A stretch of DNA of 64,000 bases from positions 1 to 64,000 of the forward strand of contig CAMFKE010000005.1 of the NCBI GenBank assembly GCA_945957395.1, read 5' to 3'. Of this stretch, positions 1 to 13,488 are shown piece by piece. The translations under genes and the position numbers were made by a program. The stretch is from an uncultured Opitutia bacterium. GTDB lineage: Bacteria > Verrucomicrobiota > Verrucomicrobiia > Opitutales > UBA953. The notes beneath the pieces were generated by a model. That model worked only from the letters and a program-made list of their open reading frames with translations, searched no databases and was not told the origin of the DNA. How positions within the stretch are numbered: position 1 is the first letter of the stretch; every line of letters begins with the position of its first letter.

Positions 1-519
1 CACCGCACTCATCGGGAGGAGGGCGCAAAGTGCATTTCCGCCCCCATCCGTCGAGAGGAATCGTAAAAAAATCCAAACTTTCCATCCAACCCCTGATGAA
101 CGCTAAGATTGGCGCGTATTCATTTTTCAAATTCTCTGGAACTGAAGGTCGTTTTTTCCCGAAATCGCATGCGGTGTGCGCGATTTCAGCCGGCGTGTGG
201 CGCCCGCAAATGGACGCGCAGAATGCCCCTCCCAAATTCCCCGCGAAGGATGCAAGCAGCCCATGCAGGGCGGCCCCCGAAGCGGGATTCCATTCGATGA
301 CAGTGGCCGAACCTAAGCAGCCCCCCAGCTAGTAATCAAACTACGGAGCCCTTCGACTCGTAACGAATGTGCGGCATTCGCTGCTGAACCCTCGAATGAG
401 CGGATACGGCGCCCCCCCCCCAATCGGCCCTGCCGGTTGCCGAACCACGAAGCCCGGCTAACCCTAGTCCTAGGAAAGCATGCGGCCGCAGACCTGATGC
501 GCGCCAAGCTGAGAACCCA

Positions 520-1098
520 ATGAAAAAGCACACTCTCATAGCAACCCTCTGGATCACACTCGCCGCCATGACGAACGCCGACACCCCCTTGCCGAAACCG
601 GCTGCCGCAGAGAAGCTGGTGACCGTAAAGCTGCTCGACGCCCATGGAAACCCAGGGGAAACCGTATCCGTCCGCAAAGTCGTGAAAAGCGATGACGAAT
701 GGAAAAAACAGCTCTCATCCAAGGCGTATGCCGTCACGCGCAGAAGCGGCACTGAGGCGCCGTTTTGCGGAGCCTTCTACGATCATAAGAAACCGGGACG
801 CTATGACTGCGTTTGCTGCGGACTCCCCTTGTTCCGCTCCGATGCCAAGTTTGACTCAGGGACCGGCTGGCCCAGCTTCTTCCGCCCCATCGCCGAGGAA
901 AATGTGACCTCGGTGACGGATCGTTCGCATGGCATGGTAAGAACGGAGATTCTGTGCACGCGGTGCGATGCTCACCTCGGCCATGTCTTCGAAGACGGTC
1001 CCAAACCCACGGGCCTTCGCTTCTGTCTTAACTCCGCCGCGCTTAATTTCGTCCCCGACGAAACCGTGCCCAAGCCTTCAGCCGCCAAGAAGCCCTGA
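520..1098 (+). CDS. msrB: Peptide-methionine (R)-S-oxide reductase MsrB, with N-terminal signal peptide
   Basis: SelR/MsrB motifs [24 protein letters not shown] and [22 protein letters not shown]-terminus [20 protein letters not shown] looks like a signal peptide. Confidence 0.9.
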   Translation: MKKHTLIATLWITLAAMTNADTPLPKPAAAEKLVTVKLLDAHGNPGETVSVRKVVKSDDEWKKQLSSKAYAVTRRSGTEAPFCGAFYDHKKPGRYDCVCCGLPLFRSDAKFDSGTGWPSFFRPIAEENVTSVTDRSHGMVRTEILCTRCDAHLGHVFEDGPKPTGLRFCLNSAALNFVPDETVPKPSAAKKP

Positions 1099-1217
1099 CG
1101 GCAATCGGAGCTCAAGCGAAAGAGGCGAGGGGCGGCACACGGTTCAGCGGCTCCCGGCATCGACTCGGCAGCCATCGCGGACTGCGGTAAAGTGACACTC
1201 CCCGCCCCTTGCGAGCG

Positions 1218-2462
1218 TCACAGCCACTGCTTCTTGCGGAAATAGGCGAGCGTTGCGATGGCGAACACCAGCATAAAGAGGATGCAGGAGGCGTAGCCAT
1301 ACTCCCAGGTGAGTTCGGGCATGTTCAGTCGCCCCTTGGAGGTGTCGAAGTTCATACCGTATACCCCGGCGATGAAGGTTAGCGGGATGAAAATGGAAGA
1401 CACGACCGTGAGCACACGCATGATCTCGCTGGTTTTCCGCTCCTGGAGCGTGTGGTGATACTCCTGAAGATCCTGCAGAATCATGCGCGCGTGCTCAACG
1501 CGGTCACCCGCCCGCAGGCAGTGGTCCTGCAAATCGCGAAGGAACGGAGCCATGTGCTCCGGCAGCAGCGAATGCTCAAGCTGCTCTATGCGCCCCATCG
1601 TATCCCGCATGGGCAGTGCGATGCGCGAAAGACGGACCACGACGCGCTTGATGCGATAGACGTCGTGCAGATTGCACTCCCCGCCCTCGCAAAGAACACT
1701 GTCTTCCAGTTCGGTAATGGCGTCCTCGATTTCTTCCGAAAGGTAGAGCATGCGGTCGACCAGCGTATCGAGGAGCGCGTACAGCAGATAGCCGGCGCCG
1801 TTGCGACGCATGCGACCGTTGTTCTCGGCGATGCGCCGCTCCACCCCCTCGAACACCTGGTCCTGATTTTCGTGAAAGGAAATCACCACTCCGGGTGCCG
1901 CCACGATGGCGATCTGCTGCCCGCGAGGGCCTTCATCGTCAGGGGAGAGCCGCACGGCGCGGGTGATGGTCAACAACATGTCGCCATGCGCCTCCAGCTT
2001 GGGACGGGACCACACGGCAAGGACGTCCTCCTGGGCGAGCATGGGTACCTGGAAGATAGCGCCGACGATATGGACGATCTGAGGGTCGGTTATGCCCAGC
2101 ATCTGCACCCAAACGGTGCCCTTGCCATCCGCGTAGGACGGGAGCCGGTCGATGTCCGTGAACTCCTCCACCGTGTGCGCGTTCTCATCGTAACGATGAA
2201 CACGGAACTTCGTGGGCCCGGTGCTTTCGAAGGGCGAAGCGGAGGGGAGCTGGCCGGGCGCCGTACCGATTTCCACATGAGGCGCCTCGTCGGCCCCGTC
2301 CGTCGGCGCAGGGGCGTGAACCTCACTCGCCCGCGACTCCCCGGTCAATGGTGAGACATGGTCACCCAATCCGAACTTGTCGCGGGCGAGACGCACGCGC
2401 TCGTCCATGAATCGCTTGGCGTTTTGCACGGCGCGGCGTCGGCGTTCGGAACCTCGGGACAT
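1218..2462 (-). CDS. corA: Magnesium/cobalt transporter CorA
   Basis: C-terminal two TM helices with the GMN signature (AGVYGMNFD...ELTWEYGY). The 660-aa ORF is over-extended upstream; I place the start at the ATG at 2462 (MSRGSE...), with an alternative ATG at 2405. Divergent from the neighbouring hydrolase. Confidence 0.85.
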   Translation of the reverse strand: MSRGSERRRRAVQNAKRFMDERVRLARDKFGLGDHVSPLTGESRASEVHAPAPTDGADEAPHVEIGTAPGQLPSASPFESTGPTKFRVHRYDENAHTVEEFTDIDRLPSYADGKGTVWVQMLGITDPQIVHIVGAIFQVPMLAQEDVLAVWSRPKLEAHGDMLLTITRAVRLSPDDEGPRGQQIAIVAAPGVVISFHENQDQVFEGVERRIAENNGRMRRNGAGYLLYALLDTLVDRMLYLSEEIEDAITELEDSVLCEGGECNLHDVYRIKRVVVRLSRIALPMRDTMGRIEQLEHSLLPEHMAPFLRDLQDHCLRAGDRVEHARMILQDLQEYHHTLQERKTSEIMRVLTVVSSIFIPLTFIAGVYGMNFDTSKGRLNMPELTWEYGYASCILFMLVFAIATLAYFRKKQWL

Positions 2463-2594
2463 TCCCAAAGGAAAGGCGAAAAGCCGAATGGGAGGAAAGC
2501 TGAAACAACGGAGACACGCACATCGCCGCGGCGCGGTCGGCGCGAGCGGGAATTTCGACTTTCCAGGCCGGCGCGCATTCGGCTTTCTAGGCGC

Positions 2595-3143
2595 ATGCCA
2601 GTTCCTCACCTCGCACTCCTCATCGTCGACGCCCAGCCCGTCTTCCTCAAATCCATCCCCAACGGCGAGGCGCTCGGCGACGCCTGCCGTTTCGCCGCCT
2701 CCGTGGCGGCGGCGCTCGACATCCGTGTGGCCTTCTGCGAGCAGCGCCCCGAAAAGCTCGGAGCCACCCGCGAAGACATCCTGGCGGCCGCCCCCGGCGC
2801 GGCGGTGTTCCCCAAGAGCACCTTCTCCGCCTTCGGCGAATCCGGCTTCCCGGAATGGCTCAAGGAGAACGACATCTCGCACCTGCTCATCGCCGGACTG
2901 GAAACCCCGATTTGCGTTTACCAGACTGCCCTCGCCGCCCTCGCCGAGGGCGTGGAGGTCACCGTGCTCACCGACGCCGTGGGCGGGCGCCGCGCCGCCG
3001 ACCATGAGTCCGCGCTGCGGGCGCTGGAGCGCAAGAGCGAGTGCCACCTGCTGCCCACGGAGACCATCGCCTACGCGCTCATGGCCGACTCCACGCACAG
3101 CGCCTTCAAGGCCGTGTCGGCCCTGGTGAAGGCCCGCGCCTGA
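2595..3143 (+). CDS. Isochorismatase-family (cysteine hydrolase) protein
   Basis: MPVPHLALLIVDAQPVF...HLLIAGLETPICVYQTALAALAEGVEVTVLTDAVG matches the isochorismatase fold pattern. ATG at 2595 verified in sequence. Confidence 0.8.
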   Translation: MPVPHLALLIVDAQPVFLKSIPNGEALGDACRFAASVAAALDIRVAFCEQRPEKLGATREDILAAAPGAAVFPKSTFSAFGESGFPEWLKENDISHLLIAGLETPICVYQTALAALAEGVEVTVLTDAVGGRRAADHESALRALERKSECHLLPTETIAYALMADSTHSAFKAVSALVKARA

Positions 3144-3316
3144 TAGCCGCAAGTCCGGAACCCGGCGCCATCGGCGCCGGTTCTGCCGACGCCGGACCAT
3201 AAGGCGTCCCTGAAAACACCCCGGCGAGCTCGCTCAATGGGGTTGATTCATGCTTGGGTTTCCGCACCGTCGCCGCCTTTCACTCCGTCAGCACCCCACT
3301 TTCCCGGTCCCTTTCG

Positions 3317-6409
<3,093 letters not shown>

Positions 6410-6562
6410 GGCCCCGACGCGCACCCCGCCACGCCAAGGGCGGCCCGCGCACGCCGCGCGCGCCGCCCTTTCGCATGAACACACGGGCCATCCGGATCGC
6501 GCGAGCGATTAGCCGCGCGGCCCGAGCCCCGACAATCCCGGCCGAAAGGCCGCCACCCACGC

Positions 6563-7087
6563 ATGAACCTCCGCCGACACTTCGCCGCCCTCTCCGGATA
6601 CAAGCGATTCTGGACCGTCTACCTCTCGGTGCTGACGCTCGACCAGATCACGAAGCTCATCGTGCTCTTCGGGCTGCCGCAGACCGACCGGTCGCACCCG
6701 GGCATCGTCGTCATCCCCGACTTCTTCACCCTCGTGCATGTCTACAACAAGGGCGCGGCGTGGAGCATGATGTCCGGCCGGCAGGACCTGCTCGTGATCC
6801 TCGCGCTGGCCGCCATGGCGGCGATGTATCGCTGGCGCCTGGCGCTGGGCCTGGACAAGCCGTTCGTGCAGCTCGTGCTCGGCGCCTTCGCCGGCGGGGC
6901 CATGGGCAATGTCATCGACCGTCTGGCCTACGACCATGTCGTGGACTTCCTCAGTTTCCGCATCCCGCTCATCAACTACTATTGGCCGGCGTTCAATGTG
7001 GCCGACATGGGCATCACCTGCGGCGCGGCGCTCTTCTGCTGGCACGGGTTCAGGGAACCCGCCGGCAAGGCGCCCAAGCCCGAGTAG
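6563..7087 (+). CDS. lspA: Lipoprotein signal peptidase (signal peptidase II)
   Basis: Four TM segments and conserved motifs NKGAAWSMM, NVIDRL and FNVADMGIT. Confidence 0.9.
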   Translation: MNLRRHFAALSGYKRFWTVYLSVLTLDQITKLIVLFGLPQTDRSHPGIVVIPDFFTLVHVYNKGAAWSMMSGRQDLLVILALAAMAAMYRWRLALGLDKPFVQLVLGAFAGGAMGNVIDRLAYDHVVDFLSFRIPLINYYWPAFNVADMGITCGAALFCWHGFREPAGKAPKPE

Positions 7088-7155
7088 CCCCGGCGAGCGC
7101 GCGCCGCCGAAAACCGGCCCCTCCCCAAACCGCTCCGACATCTTGAACAAAAAAA

Positions 7156-7185
7156 CCGCCACCCGTTACGGGCGGCGGTTTTTCC
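7156..7185. terminator. Bidirectional rho-independent terminator between lspA(+) and rpsU(-)
   Basis: Hairpin ccgccaccc-gttac-gggcggcgg flanked by an A-run upstream and a T-run downstream. Confidence 0.5.
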
Positions 7186-7219
7186 GAATCCGGGGATTCG
7201 AGTCGGGCGGCGCGAACGC

Positions 7220-7420
7220 TTAGGCGTTCTCGTAGCGCTGACGGAGCATGTTGTTGAAGGCCTGGACCTTGTTCTTGCGGCGGCGGACTTCGGTGGGCTT
7301 CTCGAAGTAGCGCTTCGCACGGACATCCTTGATGATGTTCTCGCGCTCGAGCTTCTTCTTCAGGCGACGGATCGCCTTGTCCATGGTTTCGCCCTTACGG
7401 ATCTTGATTTCGACAGGCAT
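7220..7420 (-). CDS. rpsU: 30S ribosomal protein S21
   Basis: MPVEIKIRKGETMDKAIRRLKKKLERENIIKDVRAKRYFEKPTEVRRRK is the typical S21 sequence. Confidence 0.9.
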   Translation of the reverse strand: MPVEIKIRKGETMDKAIRRLKKKLERENIIKDVRAKRYFEKPTEVRRRKNKVQAFNNMLRQRYENA

Positions 7421-7571
7421 GTGTGGTGCGTGTGTGTGTTTTAAAGGGAAAGGTGTTTGAGGGGCGCGATGGAAGGCCCGGCGCCGGGAGCGTCAACGCC
7501 AATTTCATAAAAAACCTATGACGGCGGCTTGACTCGCCCGGACGCGGGGGAAATCTCCGCAGCTTCCCTTT

Positions 7572-8726
<1,155 letters not shown>

Positions 8727-8762
8727 CCGGATCACGCCGGCGCTTCGCCGGGTACCGATTAC

Positions 8763-8800
8763 GGCCACCGCGCACCCCTTGGGCGCCGGTGGCCGTTTTC
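8763..8800 (+). terminator. Rho-independent terminator after hpnH
   Basis: ggccaccgcgc...gcgccggtggcc hairpin followed by gtttt. Confidence 0.5.
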
Positions 8801-8889
8801 ATTGTTCCCAAGCCCTCCCTCGCCGCGCAAGATTCGCGCCCCCCCCCCCGACCCCGCAAGGAGCCGGAGGAAGCCATCCATCACATCCC

Positions 8890-10344
8890 ATGCCCACACG
8901 CGATTTCGCCCGCCGAGCCGGACACCTGCTGCGCGCCCTCTTCGGGGTCCCCTTTTTCGCCCTCGGACTGTTCTTTCTCTTCTCGATCATTCGTCATGCT
9001 CTGACCGGCGACGCGGCCGAAGGCGCCCCCAAGACCTGGCTGATCATCCCCGCGCTCTTCGCGCTCGTCTTCGCCGGCGTGGGCGCCGCCATCGTGGTAA
9101 GCAGCCTGCGCAAGGCGCTCGGAGCGCCGCCGCCGGCGCCTCCAGCCGAGACGCCCCGCGCGCTCGACGAGAAAACGCGCGAGGCCTTCCCCGAAGCGCT
9201 GCCCAAGCCGAAAGGTCCCGGCAAGGCCGCCGTCCTCCTCCCGCTCCTCCTCGGCGGCATCTTCGCGGCTGCCGGCATCGGCATGCTGGCCGTAGCCGGG
9301 TACAAAGTTAACCGGGTGCGCGAGGCCGCCGCTTGGGTCGAGACGCCCTGCACGGTGCTCAATTCCGATGTCACCTCGCACAGCGGCTCCAAGGGCGGCA
9401 CCACCTACTCGGTCGCCGTGCGCTTCACCTACCGGTACGCCGACCGCGACTACGACGCCGCCACCTACTCGTTCGACACCGGCTCCAGCTCCGGCTACGA
9501 GGACAAGGCCGACATCGTGCGCAAACTCCCCCCGGGCGCCCGCGCGATCTGCTTCGTGAATCCGGCCGACCCGACCGAGGCGGTCATGGATCGATCCATG
9601 CCGTCCATCGTCTGGATTCTAGGCGGCATGGGCCCGTTCTTCGCCTTCGCCGGATTCGCCGTCATGGGCGCGCCGCTTTACGCCCGGCGAAAAAAGGCCC
9701 GCGAGCTCGCCTCCGGCAAGGGCGTGGAACTCGCGCCGGAGACCACGCGCTGGGCCACCGCCGCCGGCACGCTGTTCGCCGCGCTCTTCTGGAACGGCAT
9801 CACCGCGGTGTTCGTCACCTTCGCGGTGAAGTCGGTGAACGCCGGCCGCCCCGAATGGTTCCTCATCGTGTTCATCACCCCGTTCGTGCTCATCGGCGCG
9901 TTCCTCCTGTACGCCGCCGTCGGCGCCCTGTTCGCGCCCTTCAAGCCCCGCGTCAAACTCGTGCCCCAAAACACGCCGCGCGCCGGCGAGACGCTCAGGC
10001 TGAAGTGGGACGCCAACGGCCGCGAACCCTCCCTGCGCCGGCTGCGCATCAGCCTCGAAGGCTTCGAATACGCCGTCACCGGCTCCGGCAAACAACGCAC
10101 CAACCGCGAAATCATTTTCCACAGATCCGACCTGCTCGACAGCGAAGGACGCCCGGCGCGCGCGGGCACGCTCGAGGCGCCCATCCCGCGCACCCTGCCC
10201 CACTCGCTCGAACTCACCGGCACCGCCGGCGTGCGCTGGCGCATACGCGTGCAAACCGAGTCGGGACTGCCGCCCAAGCTGAACGAAACCTACCGCCTGC
10301 ATGTCGCACCCGCGCGATCCGAGGCCAACCCCTTCGCCGAATAG
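8890..10344 (+). CDS. Multi-pass membrane protein with a DUF3592-like domain and a C-terminal arrestin-like beta domain
   Basis: Several hydrophobic helices. DUF3592-like segment GYKVNRVREAAAWVETPCTVLNS...TTYSVAVRFTYRYADRDYDAATYSF...ICFVNPADPTEA. C-terminal soluble domain RLRISLEGFEYAVTGSGKQ...WRIRVQTE. Start taken at the first ATG after the upstream terminator. Confidence 0.55.
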   Translation: MPTRDFARRAGHLLRALFGVPFFALGLFFLFSIIRHALTGDAAEGAPKTWLIIPALFALVFAGVGAAIVVSSLRKALGAPPPAPPAETPRALDEKTREAFPEALPKPKGPGKAAVLLPLLLGGIFAAAGIGMLAVAGYKVNRVREAAAWVETPCTVLNSDVTSHSGSKGGTTYSVAVRFTYRYADRDYDAATYSFDTGSSSGYEDKADIVRKLPPGARAICFVNPADPTEAVMDRSMPSIVWILGGMGPFFAFAGFAVMGAPLYARRKKARELASGKGVELAPETTRWATAAGTLFAALFWNGITAVFVTFAVKSVNAGRPEWFLIVFITPFVLIGAFLLYAAVGALFAPFKPRVKLVPQNTPRAGETLRLKWDANGREPSLRRLRISLEGFEYAVTGSGKQRTNREIIFHRSDLLDSEGRPARAGTLEAPIPRTLPHSLELTGTAGVRWRIRVQTESGLPPKLNETYRLHVAPARSEANPFAE

Positions 10345-10351
10345 ACCCGCC

Positions 10352-10792
10352 ATGAGCGAACGACTCATCTCCATCACCCTCGACGCCCCCGCCTGTTCCG
10401 CGGGCGACACGATCACCGGCACCGCGCACACCGCCGGCCTCCCCCCGGGCTCCCCCGCCGTCGTGCGACTCGGCTGGTGGGCCGACGGCCTCGACGACGA
10501 GCGCCCCGCCGGCGACCTGGCGCAAGCCCGTTTCGTCACCGACGCCTCCGGCGAAACACGCTTCAGCCTGAGCATCCCCGAAGATGCGCCGCCCACGATG
10601 GACGGCTCCCTCTTCAGCGTGCGCCACGCCGTGGAGTTGAGCGCCGCCGGCGCCACGAGCCTGCTGCCGGTCGTCGTCTCCCCCACCCGCGCCCCGCTCG
10701 ACCTCGTCTCCGCATCGGTCGCCATCGCCGGCCCGGCTCCCAAGCTAGTGCGATTCCTGTCGAAGTTCGCCCCGAAGACAAAGCTCGGGTAA
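10352..10792 (+). CDS. Hypothetical small beta-rich protein (arrestin-like/Spo0M-like?), paralogous in pattern to the C-terminus of the upstream gene
   Basis: MSERLISITLDAPACSAGDTITGTAH...SLFSVRHAVELSA. Starts 8 nt after the previous stop. High GC3 coding frame. Confidence 0.5.
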   Translation: MSERLISITLDAPACSAGDTITGTAHTAGLPPGSPAVVRLGWWADGLDDERPAGDLAQARFVTDASGETRFSLSIPEDAPPTMDGSLFSVRHAVELSAAGATSLLPVVVSPTRAPLDLVSASVAIAGPAPKLVRFLSKFAPKTKLG

Positions 10793-10845
10793 TGCCACTC
10801 CGACCGCAGCGAGTGCGGAGCCCGAGTTCGCGCCGCCACATCACC

Positions 10846-12345
10846 ATGAAGAATCGGACAGTCCTGCTCGGCACTATTGCCGCATTCGCCACTGCCTCCG
10901 CTCCTCTCGTTCACCTAGGCATGCGGGAGCACACGGGCGTCGAGTCGCGCTGGGACGCGAGGTTCATCGTAACCCCCGATAACTACGGCGTGCGCTTCCG
11001 CAACGAACCGGACGCAGCGCTTGAGGCGTTGCCGCCGGTGGAGTTGAGCAAGGTGCCTGGAAAAACACCGCACGGCGAACCGTCCGACCGGCCGGGAATC
11101 GGCATTCGGGGGCTGCGACGGGAACCGGCACCGCCCGACGTTTACGGGAAGCCCGAACCGGCCGTCGACGCGTCAACGCCAGTCACCTTTCCCGACGGCT
11201 CGAAGATCCGCCTCAAACTCATCGTCGGACTGAACGGGGAATGGCCATCCCTGCGTACGCCCGGTGAGGAATACGACTGGGCCATCACACCGGACGGCAA
11301 GCCCGCCCCGGCGGAGTTGGCCAAGGACAAACTCCATTGGGCGCGCAGCCCCGAAGACAACGACCGCTGCCCATTCGGCATCCGCTGCCTGTTTGAGCCG
11401 ACCGGCAATGTCACCATCCTGTCGGCCTCCGTCGCGGACGCCGAATCCGGCATGGCCGCGCCGCCCAACAGGGGCTTTGCGCGACTTGGGGACATGCAGT
11501 GGGTCACGGCAGGACTCACCCAATGGACGCCCGGACGGCGGGAACTCTTGCTCACGGTGGCGGGCGGGCCCATGCAGGACGCGGCCCTGCCGGCCAATGC
11601 CGGAGAGCAGATCACGCTCAACGGCACACCCATCCGGGTGCTCGGGCATTTCCCGGAGTTCAAAGGCTGGGATGCGTTCCCGCGGGAAGATTACGAACAG
11701 CCCGGAACACCTTGGGTCATCCATGACGACGGCAACAGTTGGGGCACAAGCCTGACGCTCCTGCTGCTGCCGCGCAACGCGTGCGCCAAAGCCTTCCGGG
11801 TCAAAGAGGAGTCGGGAGACGACCCGTTTCGCCCGCGTACACTGCTATTCGACCATTTCGGAGGACTCGTCTCGATCCGGCCCGACGAGGCCATGATCAA
11901 GAAGGGCCTGCGCCTCGAAGGTTTCTCGAACATCCGCAGAATCCGCCTGCGATTGCCGGACTTCCCCTCAACGCCCGCTCCGGCCGGCGTCGAGGACCCG
12001 TTGGACTGGGAAATCCCGAAGGACTGGAAACGAAAAGACATGAGCGTCCACCAAGCCCTGATTGCCATGGCGCGCATCCGGGAGGTCAAGTGCCTCGTGG
12101 GCGACGGAAACATGCTGCGAAACCAAATGCTCGGGCGGAAGCTATCGGACTTCCCCGGCAAAACCACGCTGCGCTTCATGCTCGCCGAATTGTACGCCGA
12201 AGAGCTGAAAAAAGGCATGATACTCGAGTTTGACCGGCGAGAGCGCTTCATGATTCTGAGAGCCCCCGAACCGACCCGGCTGCAAAGGGTCGCCGATTGG
12301 ACTCAACACCAACTACAGAGTGCGCTCGCCGTGCTCGACCGCTGA
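10846..12345 (+). CDS. Secreted hypothetical protein (499 aa) with signal peptide
   Basis: MKNRTVLLGTIAAFATASAPLVHLG signal-like N-terminus. Long open frame with high GC3 and no recognisable domain. Confidence 0.6.
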   Translation: MKNRTVLLGTIAAFATASAPLVHLGMREHTGVESRWDARFIVTPDNYGVRFRNEPDAALEALPPVELSKVPGKTPHGEPSDRPGIGIRGLRREPAPPDVYGKPEPAVDASTPVTFPDGSKIRLKLIVGLNGEWPSLRTPGEEYDWAITPDGKPAPAELAKDKLHWARSPEDNDRCPFGIRCLFEPTGNVTILSASVADAESGMAAPPNRGFARLGDMQWVTAGLTQWTPGRRELLLTVAGGPMQDAALPANAGEQITLNGTPIRVLGHFPEFKGWDAFPREDYEQPGTPWVIHDDGNSWGTSLTLLLLPRNACAKAFRVKEESGDDPFRPRTLLFDHFGGLVSIRPDEAMIKKGLRLEGFSNIRRIRLRLPDFPSTPAPAGVEDPLDWEIPKDWKRKDMSVHQALIAMARIREVKCLVGDGNMLRNQMLGRKLSDFPGKTTLRFMLAELYAEELKKGMILEFDRRERFMILRAPEPTRLQRVADWTQHQLQSALAVLDR

Positions 12346-12387
12346 AGGTCAAGACAGGGGAAATCAATCTCCTTGGACTGCCCCCGC

Positions 12388-13374
12388 TCAGGCGAAACAC
12401 TTCAATTTGAACGGGCGCGGCCGCGCCACCGGGTGCCGTTGCGCGAAGGAACGCATGTACTCGGCCAGCTTCTCGTTCGTCGGCCCGTAGCCGTCCTTGT
12501 ACAGGTAGTACTCCAGCGACTGCATCATCTCGTGCGCCGTCTGGTACCTCGCGTCGCGGTCGCGCTCCAGCGCCCGTCGAAGGATCGCCGCGAGGTCCCC
12601 GTCGATCTCCTCCCGCAGGGAGCAAAAGTCCGGAAGCGGCATGCCGAGGATGTTGGCGTGCGTGCCCTCGGCCGTCTCGGCGGAGAAGGGATTGCGCCCG
12701 AGCAGCATCTCGGCGAGCACGATGCCGCAGGCGAACAGGTCGGCGCGCCCGTCGGTCACCTCGCGCCTCGCCTGCTCCGGCGACAGGTAGTCGTCCTTGC
12801 CGGCGATCACCTCGCCCTCGGCATTGTACATCAGGTCTCGCGCCTTCGCTATGCCGAAGTCCGTCAGCTTCACATCGCCGGCCACCGCCAGCATGATGTT
12901 CTTCGGGCCCACATCGCGGTGCACGATGCCCAGCAGGCTGCCGTCGCGCCCGCGCTTGGCATGCGCGTAGGCCAGCCCGCGGCACACGCGCGACACGATG
13001 AACACCGCCAGCCGGGGAGGCAGCAACTCGCCCGCGCTGCGGTGCCGCCGCAGGAACTGGTCCAGGTTCACCCCGTCCACATACTCCATGACCATGTACA
13101 GCTCGCCGCCCATCTCGCCCAGGTGGTAGGTCTGCACGATGTTGGTGTGCACGAGGTCGGCCACCAGCCGCGCTTCGCCGATGAAGTTGCTGCGGAACTC
13201 CGGCACCGAGGCGTACTCGCCGCGGATGAACTTCATCGCCACCGTCTTCCCGAATTCGCCGACGCCATGCTGGACGGCTTCACACACCGTGCCCATGCCG
13301 CCTTCGGCGATGGTGCGGACAATCTCATAGCGGATCTCACCGAAAACATGGCGGAGCTCTTGCATGGCGCGCAT
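12388..13374 (-). CDS. Hanks-type serine/threonine protein kinase (standalone catalytic domain, 328 aa)
   Basis: Gly-rich loop [12 protein letters not shown] lysine, catalytic loop [14 protein letters not shown] and SPE motifs. Confidence 0.85.
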   Translation of the reverse strand: MRAMQELRHVFGEIRYEIVRTIAEGGMGTVCEAVQHGVGEFGKTVAMKFIRGEYASVPEFRSNFIGEARLVADLVHTNIVQTYHLGEMGGELYMVMEYVDGVNLDQFLRRHRSAGELLPPRLAVFIVSRVCRGLAYAHAKRGRDGSLLGIVHRDVGPKNIMLAVAGDVKLTDFGIAKARDLMYNAEGEVIAGKDDYLSPEQARREVTDGRADLFACGIVLAEMLLGRNPFSAETAEGTHANILGMPLPDFCSLREEIDGDLAAILRRALERDRDARYQTAHEMMQSLEYYLYKDGYGPTNEKLAEYMRSFAQRHPVARPRPFKLKCFA

Positions 13375-13488
13375 CTATCCCGACGCCCCGGGGTGGAGGC
13401 AAGGTGAAAGCCCCGGGCCGCAACATTCCGGACACCCCTCGCGCCCCGCTCTTGCCAAGCTCTCTTCGCCCGACCAAACCTGCGCGCC

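Noticed and set aside
520-1098. A signal peptide on MsrB as something unusual
   Set aside because: Periplasmic or secreted Msr enzymes are well known in bacteria with oxidative envelope stress. It is noted in the feature but not considered novel.
10301-10351. Upstream ATG at 10301 for the small arrestin-like gene
   Set aside because: It would overlap the preceding gene by 44 nt and add a Pro/Arg-rich leader (MSHPRDPRPTPSPNRPA). The ATG at 10352 directly follows the upstream stop and begins the conserved beta-rich region.
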